A stretch of DNA of 64,000 nt. It comes from a bacterium. Lineage in GTDB: Bacteria > Zhuqueibacterota > QNDG01 > JAGLOF01. Shown one piece after another: positions 1-9,679 of this stretch; within the stretch, counting starts at the first letter, position 1; the number at the start of each line of letters is the position of its first letter. Both the position numbers and the translations under genes were made by a program. The notes beneath the pieces are model-generated. The model ran no database searches. It had not been told where the DNA came from and saw only the letters and a program-made list of their open reading frames with translations. Location of the stretch: positions 11,211-75,210 of the forward strand of contig JAFGRY010000051.1 in the NCBI GenBank assembly GCA_016934955.1, given 5' to 3'.

Positions 1-5
1 TTGGC

Positions 6-1430
6 CTATTGTATCCTGCGATTTTGTTTTTTTAAACCACCGCTGATGACAACCGATTTCCACTGCTGTCGAAGCTGGTTCATGTGCTGCTGCAGATTCT
101 GATCGCTAACACCTTTCCGCCGGTAAAAAGCCTGCACTTTTTTCGGGTCATATCTCCTCCCAACGTCATTCAGGGCTGCGGTAAAGCCAATAATCATCCA
201 GATATGGTTCCCCAGTTTCGACCCCAACAAGTGGTACCCCGGCCCCGGTATCGAGGCGATTAAAAAGACGATCAACGAAGCGCCCAGTCCCAGTGAGAGA
301 TTACGTATGAGATAATTATTGCTCAGACTCCCCCGAATGATATTGTACAGCCAGATTGCCATGAAAATAATAAAACAGGTCAGACCCCAGTACCCGAGCT
401 CGGAAGCAATGAGCAGATAGACGTTGTGGACAAATTCCCAGCCGATGTGCTCACGGTAGTTCTGATATCCCACCCCGAACCAGGGGTGTTCGGCGATCAG
501 CGCCTTTGATTCCTCCATCTGGCGGGTTCGGTTTTCGATCTGGATGTCTGCATCGGATTCGAACATCCGCTTCTGGAGCAGGTCGCCCAAAAACAGAAGC
601 CCGATAAAGGCCAATACCCCGAGAGGGATCAGCATTCTGGTGAGGTATCTGCGGATTTTACCCCGGTCGAGCACCATATCCACGATGAATAAAGCCACCA
701 TCGCGATCGAAAAACCGATCCACGATCCCCGATTCTGACAGGTGACCAATCCGCCGACTCCGAGAACAAAAACGAGAATGTAGATATTGCGCGCCCGCTT
801 TTTCCCCTCACGGTAAGCGACCATTATCATCCGGTAGGCGAGAGGGATGATGATTGCCAAAAACATACCGAACGCGTTGGCGTGGAAAAATGTCCCGTTC
901 GCCCGCCAGAAATCCCCCGCGTCCCTCTCATCGATGACGCCGATGGTAAACGACCAGAACTTGAACTGAATCATGGCGAGCGCACCCTGAAATCCGATGC
1001 TTATAAAGAATCCCGCCAGCACGTACTTGATATCACTTGGCTTGCGGACACCGTTATATATGCAGTAGAACATCAGATACCGTTCAACGAATGAATAGAT
1101 ACCCCGGTTCGCCTGAATTTGATTAACGGCATTGGATGCGGAAAAAATACAGCCGATAAGCATAAATAGTGCGGTGATCAGAACCGGTATATAAAAACGT
1201 TGAAGGGGCCGGCGCTGATTTTTTTCAAAAAAGGAAAGCACGAATAAAATGAAGAAAATGATCGTCGACAGGTACAGGTCCTGCGCGATAGAGGCCATCC
1301 AGAGTCCGCCCTGCCAGGGGGTGATGATGATACTCGCCGTTAAAATAGCCTTAAGTGGTTCCCTGGATCTGAAATAGACGATAACGAGAACAATCAGTAC
1401 GATTCCAATATATATCAGCTGTTTGACCAC
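6..1430 (-). CDS. O-antigen ligase / Wzy-like polymerase family polytopic membrane protein
   Basis: 474-aa ORF with many hydrophobic spans. It carries a HNVYLLIASELGYWG motif of the kind seen in the Wzy_C/O-antigen ligase family. It is the last gene of the glycan cluster in this window, 3 nt after the upstream GT4. Confidence 0.65.
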   Translation of the reverse strand: MVKQLIYIGIVLIVLVIVYFRSREPLKAILTASIIITPWQGGLWMASIAQDLYLSTIIFFILFVLSFFEKNQRRPLQRFYIPVLITALFMLIGCIFSASNAVNQIQANRGIYSFVERYLMFYCIYNGVRKPSDIKYVLAGFFISIGFQGALAMIQFKFWSFTIGVIDERDAGDFWRANGTFFHANAFGMFLAIIIPLAYRMIMVAYREGKKRARNIYILVFVLGVGGLVTCQNRGSWIGFSIAMVALFIVDMVLDRGKIRRYLTRMLIPLGVLAFIGLLFLGDLLQKRMFESDADIQIENRTRQMEESKALIAEHPWFGVGYQNYREHIGWEFVHNVYLLIASELGYWGLTCFIIFMAIWLYNIIRGSLSNNYLIRNLSLGLGASLIVFLIASIPGPGYHLLGSKLGNHIWMIIGFTAALNDVGRRYDPKKVQAFYRRKGVSDQNLQQHMNQLRQQWKSVVISGGLKKQNRRIQ

Positions 1431-1433
1431 ACA

Positions 1434-2690
1434 TCACTCCGTTTTGTCCGCTCTGGAATCTATCACATTCCGATATTCATTCAGCAGCCACCGGTAATGA
1501 TCTTCGGGAGAAAAATGCTGCTCGGCAAATACCCGTGCCTGGGCTCCCATCTTTCCCACAGTGTCCGGATGCTCTGCAAGCCTGTCTATTGCAGCTGCGA
1601 GCCGCTCCGCATCGCCGGGAGGAAACAGCAGTCCGGTTCTTCCGTGGTCGACGAATTCCGGAATGCCACCAATCTCCGCCCCGATCACCGGCTTCCCCAT
1701 GCAGAACGGCTCGTAGATGACAAAAGGCGAATTTTCATACCATTCGGATGGAACAACCACGAAAGCCGCTCCGCCGAGAATGCGGCGCAGGTCTTCCCCG
1801 CTCTGATACCCGGTGAAGGAAACCCGGCCCAGACCGTGACCTTCGACATACTGCTGCAGCTGAGTCCGGACGGGGCCGTCTCCCACTATCACCAGCTTCA
1901 TCGCGGTTTTTGTCATCCGCACCGCCTCAAGCAGGGTCAGCAGCCCTTTTTCACCGGAAAGCCGTCCGTAATAGAGATAGTAATCACTTCCGCCGGGCCG
2001 GAAGGGATATTCATCCATATTGAGCGTTAAAAAATGGTGGACGACTTTGTCTTCCGGGATGCCTCCCTCAATCAGTTTTTTACCGATGAAAGCACTGGGC
2101 ACATGAAACCTGTCGACGATTCCGTATATATTCAGCATTCGATGAATTACGGCCTCGAGAGTGATCAGCAGACTCGCCGAGACCGAGTCCTTGTGGCAGC
2201 GCTGCAGAAAGGCGTTGTAATACGCGCCGTGCAGACACCGTTCACAAATTTCCTGTTTGTGTTCAATATACAACCGGTAATTGGGGCATACCAGCTTGTA
2301 CTGGTGCACGGTCTGAATCACCGGGATACCATGCTTTCTCAGCGTATGCAGTATCGAGGGTGAAATTTGATGATCGATCATGTGTATATGAGCGATATCC
2401 GGCTGTACCTCCTCAAGAAGCGATTCGAGCCGGTGTTTTGCGTGCAGGGAATAGATCACCCGGGCGGAGGCATGCATGGTCTTGAGCGGATGCCGGAGCG
2501 GATGCAGCTCGTCATAGTCGACATGATCGACAAAGAAGGACGCGTAGGCAGACTCGACGTTATCGGGATGCTGCATGGAAAAGGGGATCACCGTGTGGCC
2601 CTGATTTTCCAGAAGCTTTGTCAGTTCAAAGAGGTACCGCTCCACTCCGCCCTTGACAAAATAGAATTTATCTATCATCAGTATTCGCAT
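1434..2690 (-). CDS. Glycosyltransferase family 4 (GT-B, group 1)
   Basis: The N-terminus MRILMIDKFYFVKGGVERY is typical of GT4. The C-terminal half has the E-x7-E signature (ENSPFVIYE) followed by GKPVIGAEIGGIPEFV. Its start overlaps the upstream stop by 1 nt (TAATG). Confidence 0.85.
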   Translation of the reverse strand: MRILMIDKFYFVKGGVERYLFELTKLLENQGHTVIPFSMQHPDNVESAYASFFVDHVDYDELHPLRHPLKTMHASARVIYSLHAKHRLESLLEEVQPDIAHIHMIDHQISPSILHTLRKHGIPVIQTVHQYKLVCPNYRLYIEHKQEICERCLHGAYYNAFLQRCHKDSVSASLLITLEAVIHRMLNIYGIVDRFHVPSAFIGKKLIEGGIPEDKVVHHFLTLNMDEYPFRPGGSDYYLYYGRLSGEKGLLTLLEAVRMTKTAMKLVIVGDGPVRTQLQQYVEGHGLGRVSFTGYQSGEDLRRILGGAAFVVVPSEWYENSPFVIYEPFCMGKPVIGAEIGGIPEFVDHGRTGLLFPPGDAERLAAAIDRLAEHPDTVGKMGAQARVFAEQHFSPEDHYRWLLNEYRNVIDSRADKTE

Positions 2691-4432
2691 TACGGCCGTT
2701 CACCTTGTTGCTGGTATCCGGATACGTCGATATCGGTGAAGCGATAGATCACTGTTCTGAGGTTCGGAGCAGCGGTTTCATCATACACCAATTGCAGAAA
2801 GTCCGGTACGCCCTTTCCGAGGAACAGCTGCGCCATATTGGGATTATCCATGATATACCGCTCATTGAGGACCAAAAACTCCGTACCGCGATGACGGGCG
2901 TATGCGTGGATCCTGTCCAGAGAGTTCAGGGGAATATCGACGGCCATGGAGATATCGTAATTTCCGGCATAGTAATTCACGGTATGGTAGCGTGACATCA
3001 TTGCAGGGACGCCGCTGCACTGTTCCCGCAACCAGATTCCCGCCAGTTTCTGTTCCACCGGCGGCGCCCAGCGGTCCGTTGAGTATTTCGCTTTGGACGC
3101 ATATTTCCCGAACTCCGGAAGCCAGAGCCCGAGCAGCACCACCGCTGTTACCGTCAGCATGCTCCATCGCTCCGAAGAAAGACGCAGTGCACCGTCCCCT
3201 CCGGCTTCCGTGATGGTGCCCTTCACCCAGCTGTGAAGATAGACCAGGCCTTCACCCGCCCAGACGAAACAGATGGGGAGCAGGGACAGCAGATACCGTT
3301 CGGTTATGTGAAATGCGGGCACAAGAATAAACCAGAAGAAACCGATATAGAGAAAAAGATAGAGCTCCCGGCAGATCCTCTCCGATTTCCAGGCCTCTCC
3401 GAACAGCCCGAGCACCGTGAGAAGAAACAGTACGGACGATAGTGTCGACGGCACTGCGGTTTTCAGGACCCGGTACAGATTGGTGACATATTTTTTCAGT
3501 AAGGCCGGGACGGTGACGGCAACGGCCGGATTGCCGTCGGCGCTGTCGATATGGGTGTATTCACCCTCATGGAACAGGTGGTCAAGCGGTGTTGATGTAT
3601 TGTCCGGGGAAAGGTCACGAAAGACATCGATCTCATCTCTGGATCTGTTTTCACCATAGAGCTCACCCTGCTGAATCACGACTTTGCCGCTCGGGGTCCA
3701 GCGTCCGGTGGCCCCCCGTAAAAAGAGCAGATAGGGCAGGGACGTCATCGCGAACACCAGAACTGAAAACAGCATGATCAGCAGGAATCTGTTTCCGTTT
3801 TTTCGCCTGATCCTGGAGAGCCGGAAACCCCCTGCAGCGGCGGCGAAAACCAGGATCAGCCCGGCCCCTTCGGGACGGGTGATGTAGGCGAGCGCGAAAA
3901 GGAACCCGACGGCTCCGCTCCAGAGCCAGTGCAGGCGAGTAAGAACGGACCAGCCGAGCAGAATGCCCCCGATCGCGAGCAGCATGTAGAGGGGTTCAGT
4001 CAGCGCGCTTGTCTGCATAAACGCCAGGGACGGCAGCCAGAGGGACAGCATCAGAGTAAGGAGTGCCGTGCTCCTGCTGTAATGTCTGCGCGCAAACAGG
4101 TACAGCAATGCACCAAGGGAGAGTCCGCAAATAATTGAGATCATTCTGGCCGCTGTTTCAATATTGGGGACCACACGCGCAAGCAGACTGATGAGCAGAG
4201 GGTAAAGCGGTGTCCAGAACACGTGCAGGATACCGGACAGTCCCTGAGTGAGACCGGTTGCCGCCAGCTGAAGATAGTGCACTTCATCGAAGGCGGCCGC
4301 GTACTGTTTGGTAATCATAAACAGTCTCAGCAGCAGGCCACCGGTGAAAACAAGAACAAGCTGCACCGGTTCCTGAGAGAGAACACGGCCCGGACTGCTG
4401 AATGGTCTCCTGTTTTCCCACTTCATATTCAC
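2690..4432 (-). CDS. GT-C fold membrane glycosyltransferase, ArnT/PMT-like (GT39/GT83-type)
   Basis: 580 aa with more than 10 predicted TM spans. An acidic DE motif sits in the first loop (AAAFDEVHYLQLA), as in ArnT/PMT_2 family enzymes. There is a roughly 150-aa C-terminal soluble domain. Confidence 0.7.
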   Translation of the reverse strand: MNMKWENRRPFSSPGRVLSQEPVQLVLVFTGGLLLRLFMITKQYAAAFDEVHYLQLAATGLTQGLSGILHVFWTPLYPLLISLLARVVPNIETAARMISIICGLSLGALLYLFARRHYSRSTALLTLMLSLWLPSLAFMQTSALTEPLYMLLAIGGILLGWSVLTRLHWLWSGAVGFLFALAYITRPEGAGLILVFAAAAGGFRLSRIRRKNGNRFLLIMLFSVLVFAMTSLPYLLFLRGATGRWTPSGKVVIQQGELYGENRSRDEIDVFRDLSPDNTSTPLDHLFHEGEYTHIDSADGNPAVAVTVPALLKKYVTNLYRVLKTAVPSTLSSVLFLLTVLGLFGEAWKSERICRELYLFLYIGFFWFILVPAFHITERYLLSLLPICFVWAGEGLVYLHSWVKGTITEAGGDGALRLSSERWSMLTVTAVVLLGLWLPEFGKYASKAKYSTDRWAPPVEQKLAGIWLREQCSGVPAMMSRYHTVNYYAGNYDISMAVDIPLNSLDRIHAYARHRGTEFLVLNERYIMDNPNMAQLFLGKGVPDFLQLVYDETAAPNLRTVIYRFTDIDVSGYQQQGERP

Positions 4433-5322
4433 TCCCCTGCGAGTTGTTTCATGTGGGTGAGACTCTCTGCAAGCGGTTCGAACCGGTATCCGCAGATATC
4501 GGCCAGTTTATCGCAGACCAGCCCGGAACGCTTCGGCCGCACGGCCCGCTGGTGAAACCGCTCGCTGGTTGTCTCGATGATCAGCTCGCCGTTCAGATCG
4601 AATACACCGGCGATCATCATTGCAAATGCATACCGGTTCATCAGTTCAGGCCCCGCCGCATGAAAAAGTCCCTCCGCATGGGCGTCCGCAAGTGTCAGCA
4701 GTGCTCCTGCCAGCTGGTCCGCATAGGTCGGGGTACCGTACTGATCATTGACAATCCGCACCTGCCTGCCCTCACGGAGCATACCGACCAGCCAGGTGAC
4801 AAAATTCGCATTGCCCGAGGGTGTGTATCCGAACAGGATCATCGTCCGGACAATCGTCGCAGTCGGCAAGACGCGTGTGACGGCAATTTCCCCTTCATAT
4901 TTACTGCGACCGTACACCGACAGCGGATTCGGTTCATCCACTTCGGTATAGGGGCCGTTTTCCCCGTCGAACACATAATCCGTTGAGACGTGTATCAGCC
5001 CGGCCCCCGTTTCCAGGGCCGCGATCGCCGCGTGTTCGGCTCCTGCGGTGTTGACCGCCCGGGCGCGTTCCGGATACTCCTCACACCGGTCGACATCGGT
5101 CATCGCGGCGGCATTCACAATGCAGTCTATCCCTCGGCCCCTGAGCGCACCGATGAGCCCATCCCGGTCACTGATATCCACCTGAAGATACTCCAGATCC
5201 CCGGGCATCCAGGCAGGTTTTCCATGAAGATCAGCGGCGAGGAGCTCATATGTCCCCTTCGCTGCAGCGAGAATCCTGCCTCCGAGCAGCCCTCCGGCTC
5301 CGATGACGCATAGTCTCTTCAC
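4429..5322 (-). CDS. rmlD: dTDP-4-dehydrorhamnose reductase-like SDR (RmlD family)
   Basis: It has a Rossmann motif (VIGAGGLLGGR) and the RmlD-type block HVSTDYVFDGENGPYTEVDEPNPLSVYGRSKYEGE. I placed the start at the GTG at 5322, 2 nt after the upstream stop. The ORF-track start at 5385 would overlap the upstream gene by 60 nt. Confidence 0.75.
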   Translation of the reverse strand: MKRLCVIGAGGLLGGRILAAAKGTYELLAADLHGKPAWMPGDLEYLQVDISDRDGLIGALRGRGIDCIVNAAAMTDVDRCEEYPERARAVNTAGAEHAAIAALETGAGLIHVSTDYVFDGENGPYTEVDEPNPLSVYGRSKYEGEIAVTRVLPTATIVRTMILFGYTPSGNANFVTWLVGMLREGRQVRIVNDQYGTPTYADQLAGALLTLADAHAEGLFHAAGPELMNRYAFAMMIAGVFDLNGELIIETTSERFHQRAVRPKRSGLVCDKLADICGYRFEPLAESLTHMKQLAGE

Positions 5323-5324
5323 GT

Positions 5325-6446
5325 TCAATGTCCTCTCGCCATGCGCCTGAACAGTGCCTCGTAATCCCGGGCAACCCGGTCCCAAGAATATTCACGGTGA
5401 GCCCGTTCCCTGGCTTTTTCTCGATACCGGGCCACCTGTTCCGGATGATCGAGCAGGCGCTGCATCTGTTCGGCGAGCATGGATATATTCCGGTGTCCGT
5501 AATAGCAGCCGGCATCGCCCAGGGCTTCTCTGTGTTCAGGCACATCATGGGCGATAATGCAGTTGCCGAATCCCATCCCCTCGAGCAGCGCGGGATGGGT
5601 TCCCCCTACTTCCGTCGCCTGGACATAGAGATAGGCATGCGACTGCAGCTCCCGGTACCCGTCGCCGAAAACATACCCGGTAAACAGTATCCGGCTGTCA
5701 CCGGTGCGTTTCAGCTGCTGAATATAGCGGCTGTTATACGGTGCATCACCGACCACAACCAGTTTCTTTTTCGTCTTCACCCGTTCAAAGGCGCTGACGA
5801 CATGATGAGCATTGTTTTCCGGTTCGAGACGGCTGACGTAAAGCAGATAATTGTCAGGCGCGAGCCCGAACCGTTTCAGCGTTTCTCCCGCCGCTGTTTT
5901 TTCCGTAGGGGCCCCATAGGGGATGAAGGTCGAACGCTTGCCGAATCTATTGCGATAGTACCGTTCGATAAAACGGGAATCGGTCACTACCTGGTCCGGA
6001 ATGAAGGTCGCCAGACATTCGGAAAACCGATAGACCCATTGTCCTATCTTGTTCCATTTCGCCCGCTGCCATTCGAGACCGTCGACATTGACGGCGACCC
6101 GCTGTCCCGCCAGCCTCGGCACCAGGGAGAAAATACTGTTGACACTGTTACAGATCAGCACCGCGTCATAGGGCTCACGCAGCCCCCTGAAAACGCTGAG
6201 AAACGTATGTGCCACCGTATCGAAATACTTGTGATTGAGCGTGGGCAGTATCACCAGACGAACACCCTTGTAGGTGTCGCCGCTGTACTCAATAGTGTTC
6301 GACCTTCCATACACGGTGACATCGTGGCCCATGGCGACGAGTCTCACGCTCAACTCTTCTGCAAAGGTTTCGAATCCGCCGTAGTTTGCGGGTATTCCCC
6401 GGGTTCCCATTATCGCAATGCGCATGTTCCGGTCCAATCTGCTCAT
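5325..6446 (-). CDS. Glycosyltransferase family 4 with DUF1972-type N-terminus (RgpA-like, possible rhamnosyltransferase)
   Basis: MRIAIMGTRGIPANYGGFETFAEELSVRL is the characteristic DUF1972 N-terminus, and a GT1 C-terminal domain follows. It lies next to the RmlD-like gene. An alternative ATG is at 6425. Confidence 0.75.
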   Translation of the reverse strand: MSRLDRNMRIAIMGTRGIPANYGGFETFAEELSVRLVAMGHDVTVYGRSNTIEYSGDTYKGVRLVILPTLNHKYFDTVAHTFLSVFRGLREPYDAVLICNSVNSIFSLVPRLAGQRVAVNVDGLEWQRAKWNKIGQWVYRFSECLATFIPDQVVTDSRFIERYYRNRFGKRSTFIPYGAPTEKTAAGETLKRFGLAPDNYLLYVSRLEPENNAHHVVSAFERVKTKKKLVVVGDAPYNSRYIQQLKRTGDSRILFTGYVFGDGYRELQSHAYLYVQATEVGGTHPALLEGMGFGNCIIAHDVPEHREALGDAGCYYGHRNISMLAEQMQRLLDHPEQVARYREKARERAHREYSWDRVARDYEALFRRMARGH

Positions 6447-6448
6447 AT

Positions 6449-7855
6449 TTAATCGACTATGTCCTCCGGACGCAGCTCTTTTACCACAATCAGCACGATG
6501 CCGTACAGGCAGCAGAGCCCGGCCATCGCTGCAATCGCCCCGAGACCTGTCACATCGATCAGCAGGGAAATCAGATATATCAGCCCGGCCGCGCCGGATA
6601 TTTTCAGAAACGAAACGAAGGGCACCACCGGACCGAACCGCCGGACCACGACATACCCGGCAACCGCGGTAACGATCAGGAGGGATAAAAGAGTCGCCAG
6701 CGGCGCACCGGCAATTCCAAACCGCTGAATGAGAACACCGTTCAACATCACATCCAGAATAACTCCGGCAGCGGTAATCCCCATGGAAATCCGGGGGCTG
6801 TCAGCCGCGTTCAGGGCGGTCGTTAAGAGGAAAAAAAATGACAGCAGGGAAAAGGCCCAGATCAGAGTACGAAACAGGTCTCCCCCGGGTGCGTATTCGG
6901 CCCTGAAAATGAAGATGATGATGTCCCGGCTGTACCGCAGCGAGAGCAGACAGATCGGCAGTACAGCGCTGTACAGCAGCCTGAAAGCGGTCCTCAGCGT
7001 ATTCAAAGCCTGAACTTTGTCATTTCTCGCCAGGGCCCGGGACAGCCCGGGCAGCACTGTGGCAGACAGTCCGAAAAAAATGAAGTAGGGTACTCTGGCA
7101 ATCAGTGATGCCGCACTGTAATATCCGGTGGACGCCCCGCCGATGAAATACTTGACCGCCCATAAATCTATATTCAGAAAGAGATTGATGGCAAGAGAAA
7201 AAATGGTCACCGGGATCGCGAACCGCAGCAGCGGACGCCAGTCCACCGTCGTCCGGGCCGGCTGCAGATTCGAGCGCGCGAGATATATGAAACCAAGTCC
7301 CATGGCGATGAAGGATCCGGCAATATTCCCGTAAAACGCCCCGTCAAGCGAACGCATCAGGCTCACGAAAACAACGACCGCCACCATCTTCGCCACGGAA
7401 AAAACGATGATCATGAGCGCCTGTCGGCTGAAACGAAGGAGGCCGTTCTGCAGATGCATCAAAATAAAAAATGCGCTGTAGGTCCAGATGTCCCATACCG
7501 CGATTTTCAGGTACCCTGCAAGAGCGGTGTCTTTGAGAAAATCGCCGATCAGCGGCGCTCCGAGGAAAGCCGTACCGAAGAAAAACAGGGTAAAGACCGC
7601 CTGAATGCGGGAGGAGAGCACGAGAAACCGGGATGCCTGACGTTCATCCGCGGCGGTAAATTTCTGCAGTGCTGTCGGGATGCCGCTGATAGCTCCGATC
7701 TCAAACCACATGAGAATACCCATGACGATTCCATAGGTGCCGTAAAGCTCGAGAGAAAGTGTCTTTGCCAGCCATCTGTTGAGGAGGAATCCGGTAACCA
7801 GCTGCACTCCCCACCCGAACATCAGCAGCATTGTCCCCCGTTTTAACGAACTCAC
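6449..7855 (-). CDS. wzx: Wzx-type oligosaccharide flippase (MOP superfamily)
   Basis: About 12-14 TM spans in a polysaccharide-biosynthesis-protein-like layout. The ORF-track start is 7891. A GTG at 7855 gives a 4-nt GTGA overlap with the upstream stop, and an ATG at 7831 is also possible. Confidence 0.7.
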   Translation of the reverse strand: MSSLKRGTMLLMFGWGVQLVTGFLLNRWLAKTLSLELYGTYGIVMGILMWFEIGAISGIPTALQKFTAADERQASRFLVLSSRIQAVFTLFFFGTAFLGAPLIGDFLKDTALAGYLKIAVWDIWTYSAFFILMHLQNGLLRFSRQALMIIVFSVAKMVAVVVFVSLMRSLDGAFYGNIAGSFIAMGLGFIYLARSNLQPARTTVDWRPLLRFAIPVTIFSLAINLFLNIDLWAVKYFIGGASTGYYSAASLIARVPYFIFFGLSATVLPGLSRALARNDKVQALNTLRTAFRLLYSAVLPICLLSLRYSRDIIIFIFRAEYAPGGDLFRTLIWAFSLLSFFFLLTTALNAADSPRISMGITAAGVILDVMLNGVLIQRFGIAGAPLATLLSLLIVTAVAGYVVVRRFGPVVPFVSFLKISGAAGLIYLISLLIDVTGLGAIAAMAGLCCLYGIVLIVVKELRPEDIVD

Positions 7856-9579
7856 CGCTGCTCCTCTTCTGCCGTCCAGCGAAACAGACACATCGACTCC
7901 AGCGCCACGCTTATCGGCGCCCCGAAACGGCTTGTCAGATAGGTACGGATGAATTCGGGCACATAGGCGTCATGAGCCCAGTGATATGTCTCGAGGACGA
8001 TCCAGCCGGCCGGATGGTCGGTGATTATCCGCTTCAGATCATCGAGACTGGTAATACAGGGTGCGCCGCCGTATATATCGACAAGCACACCCCCGTCATT
8101 ACTGCTCTGCTTCTCCTTGGCCTGTTCGAGCAGGCTCCAGTTAAGACAGTAATCCGGGTGCGTGCCGTAGTAGATACTGGTGGCAGGCAAACTGGAGATA
8201 AGAAGATCACCCGGTAATGACTGTTCCCTGATAATGGCTGAGGCTTCCTTCCAGCCCGCCGGGGTTACCGCTCCGTTTGTGAATCCGTCGGGATTGAAAG
8301 GGATATGCAGGGATATCCTCAGCCAGGGTGTGAGCACGAATATCAGAAGCAGGACGACGGTCACCGCAGTTCCCAGGTGTTTTTCGAACAGTTTCAAGAA
8401 CCCCGATTTCATCGAAAGATTTTTCTTCAGCAGTTCTCTGGATATCAACGTTTCGAAACTGACGAGATTGACGAATCCGTACGCCGCGAGGATAAGAAAG
8501 AAGGGATACACGTTGAATATATAGACTTGTGTATTGTGTGTAAATACGCAGCAGAGCAGAAACAGCTGACACGTAAACATAATGAATAGAAACAGTGCCC
8601 GGGCGTTATAGCGGAAAAATGCCTGTACTGACCCGATGAAGAAAAGGGTCATCAACGGCATGCGGTACTGGGACATCAAAAAATACACAAGATTCAGCCG
8701 GTGTTCACCGGTCGCTATGCCCATGGCCCAGGGGGGGGTGTAGGTGAAAAAATAATGGAGTGCTTCCCTGGCCTGGGGTAAAAACAGCAGGGGAAGCGTA
8801 CCGGCAATCAGTAATCCCGCGGCCCCGATACAATAAATATTGACTATTTTTTGCGCGCCCTCCTGAACGACCGACATCACTGCCGCCATAAAAAAAAGAT
8901 AGAGAAACAGCGATGCTCCCCAAAATATTGCCAGTTTGTGAAGGTAGAGATAGCTCCCGAGAATAATCAATACGGCCGGAACGGCCCATAGCGGAGATAC
9001 TCCCCACCTGTTCCAGAACATTCCGAGACGTTTCAGGAGAGAGTCGCCCTTCACTTTCAGCACCGCCTGAACACGCTCGCTTTTTCGTGATTCAAGGGCC
9101 ATTAATACGGTGTAGGCAAACAGAATGGTAGCTGACTGCAGAAGCGTATACGCACGGGCAGTACGTGACCAGCCGATCTCAAAATGAGAAAACGCCATGA
9201 GAAACGCGGCAAACATCCCGACTTTCCAGTTGAAAAAACGGCTTGCCAGAAGATACACCAGCAGCACGTTCACTATTCCGAACAGGGCCGGTATCAGTCT
9301 GGTGGAGAATTCATTAACCGACGTGTGGCGGAAAACAAATGCCGTCAGGTAGAGGTGCAGCGGTGCCCTGACATGCTCTACGCCCGAGGGAAGTTCAAAG
9401 GTGCCCTTTTCGACGTAGGATGACGCCGCAAAGACCGTATTGATTTCATCCACCCAGAAACTCGCACGGCCCAGATTCCACAGCCTGAGAAAGGATGCGG
9501 CCCCTGCGATCAGGATCAGCAGCAGAGCGATGGAAATCCACGATCCGGCATGTGATGCTTTGGCTGTTTCACTGCCCAC
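7852..9579 (-). CDS. GT-C fold membrane glycosyltransferase, ArnT/PMT-like (second copy)
   Basis: 575 aa and polytopic. It has the first-loop motif ASFWVDEINTVFAASS and a C-terminal soluble domain. It starts at a GTG preceded by GGAGGAAATAATT. Confidence 0.7.
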   Translation of the reverse strand: MGSETAKASHAGSWISIALLLILIAGAASFLRLWNLGRASFWVDEINTVFAASSYVEKGTFELPSGVEHVRAPLHLYLTAFVFRHTSVNEFSTRLIPALFGIVNVLLVYLLASRFFNWKVGMFAAFLMAFSHFEIGWSRTARAYTLLQSATILFAYTVLMALESRKSERVQAVLKVKGDSLLKRLGMFWNRWGVSPLWAVPAVLIILGSYLYLHKLAIFWGASLFLYLFFMAAVMSVVQEGAQKIVNIYCIGAAGLLIAGTLPLLFLPQAREALHYFFTYTPPWAMGIATGEHRLNLVYFLMSQYRMPLMTLFFIGSVQAFFRYNARALFLFIMFTCQLFLLCCVFTHNTQVYIFNVYPFFLILAAYGFVNLVSFETLISRELLKKNLSMKSGFLKLFEKHLGTAVTVVLLLIFVLTPWLRISLHIPFNPDGFTNGAVTPAGWKEASAIIREQSLPGDLLISSLPATSIYYGTHPDYCLNWSLLEQAKEKQSSNDGGVLVDIYGGAPCITSLDDLKRIITDHPAGWIVLETYHWAHDAYVPEFIRTYLTSRFGAPISVALESMCLFRWTAEEEQR

Positions 9580-9679
9580 AATTATTTCCTCCTAACCATA
9601 CTTCCGCGAGACCGTCCCCGAATCGTCACTGCCTGAGAAGCAGATCGGGATACACGCGGGCGCCTCGGGGCATGATCCG

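Noticed and set aside
5328-6452. A 374-aa plus-strand ORF almost exactly co-extensive with the 373-aa minus-strand GT4 gene.
   Set aside because: The minus-strand product has clear DUF1972/GT4 hallmarks. The plus-strand translation is Arg/Pro/Gly-rich with no recognisable motifs. Stop-free antisense frames are expected in G+C-rich coding DNA, so this is a shadow ORF.
9580-9679. A 100-nt intergenic gap with an imperfect inverted repeat (CCCGAATC ... GATCGGG), considered as a possible terminator or regulatory RNA.
   Set aside because: The stem is short and interrupted, the loop is about 20 nt, and there is no T-tract. The region mainly carries the GGAGG RBS for the downstream GTG start. Evidence is insufficient.
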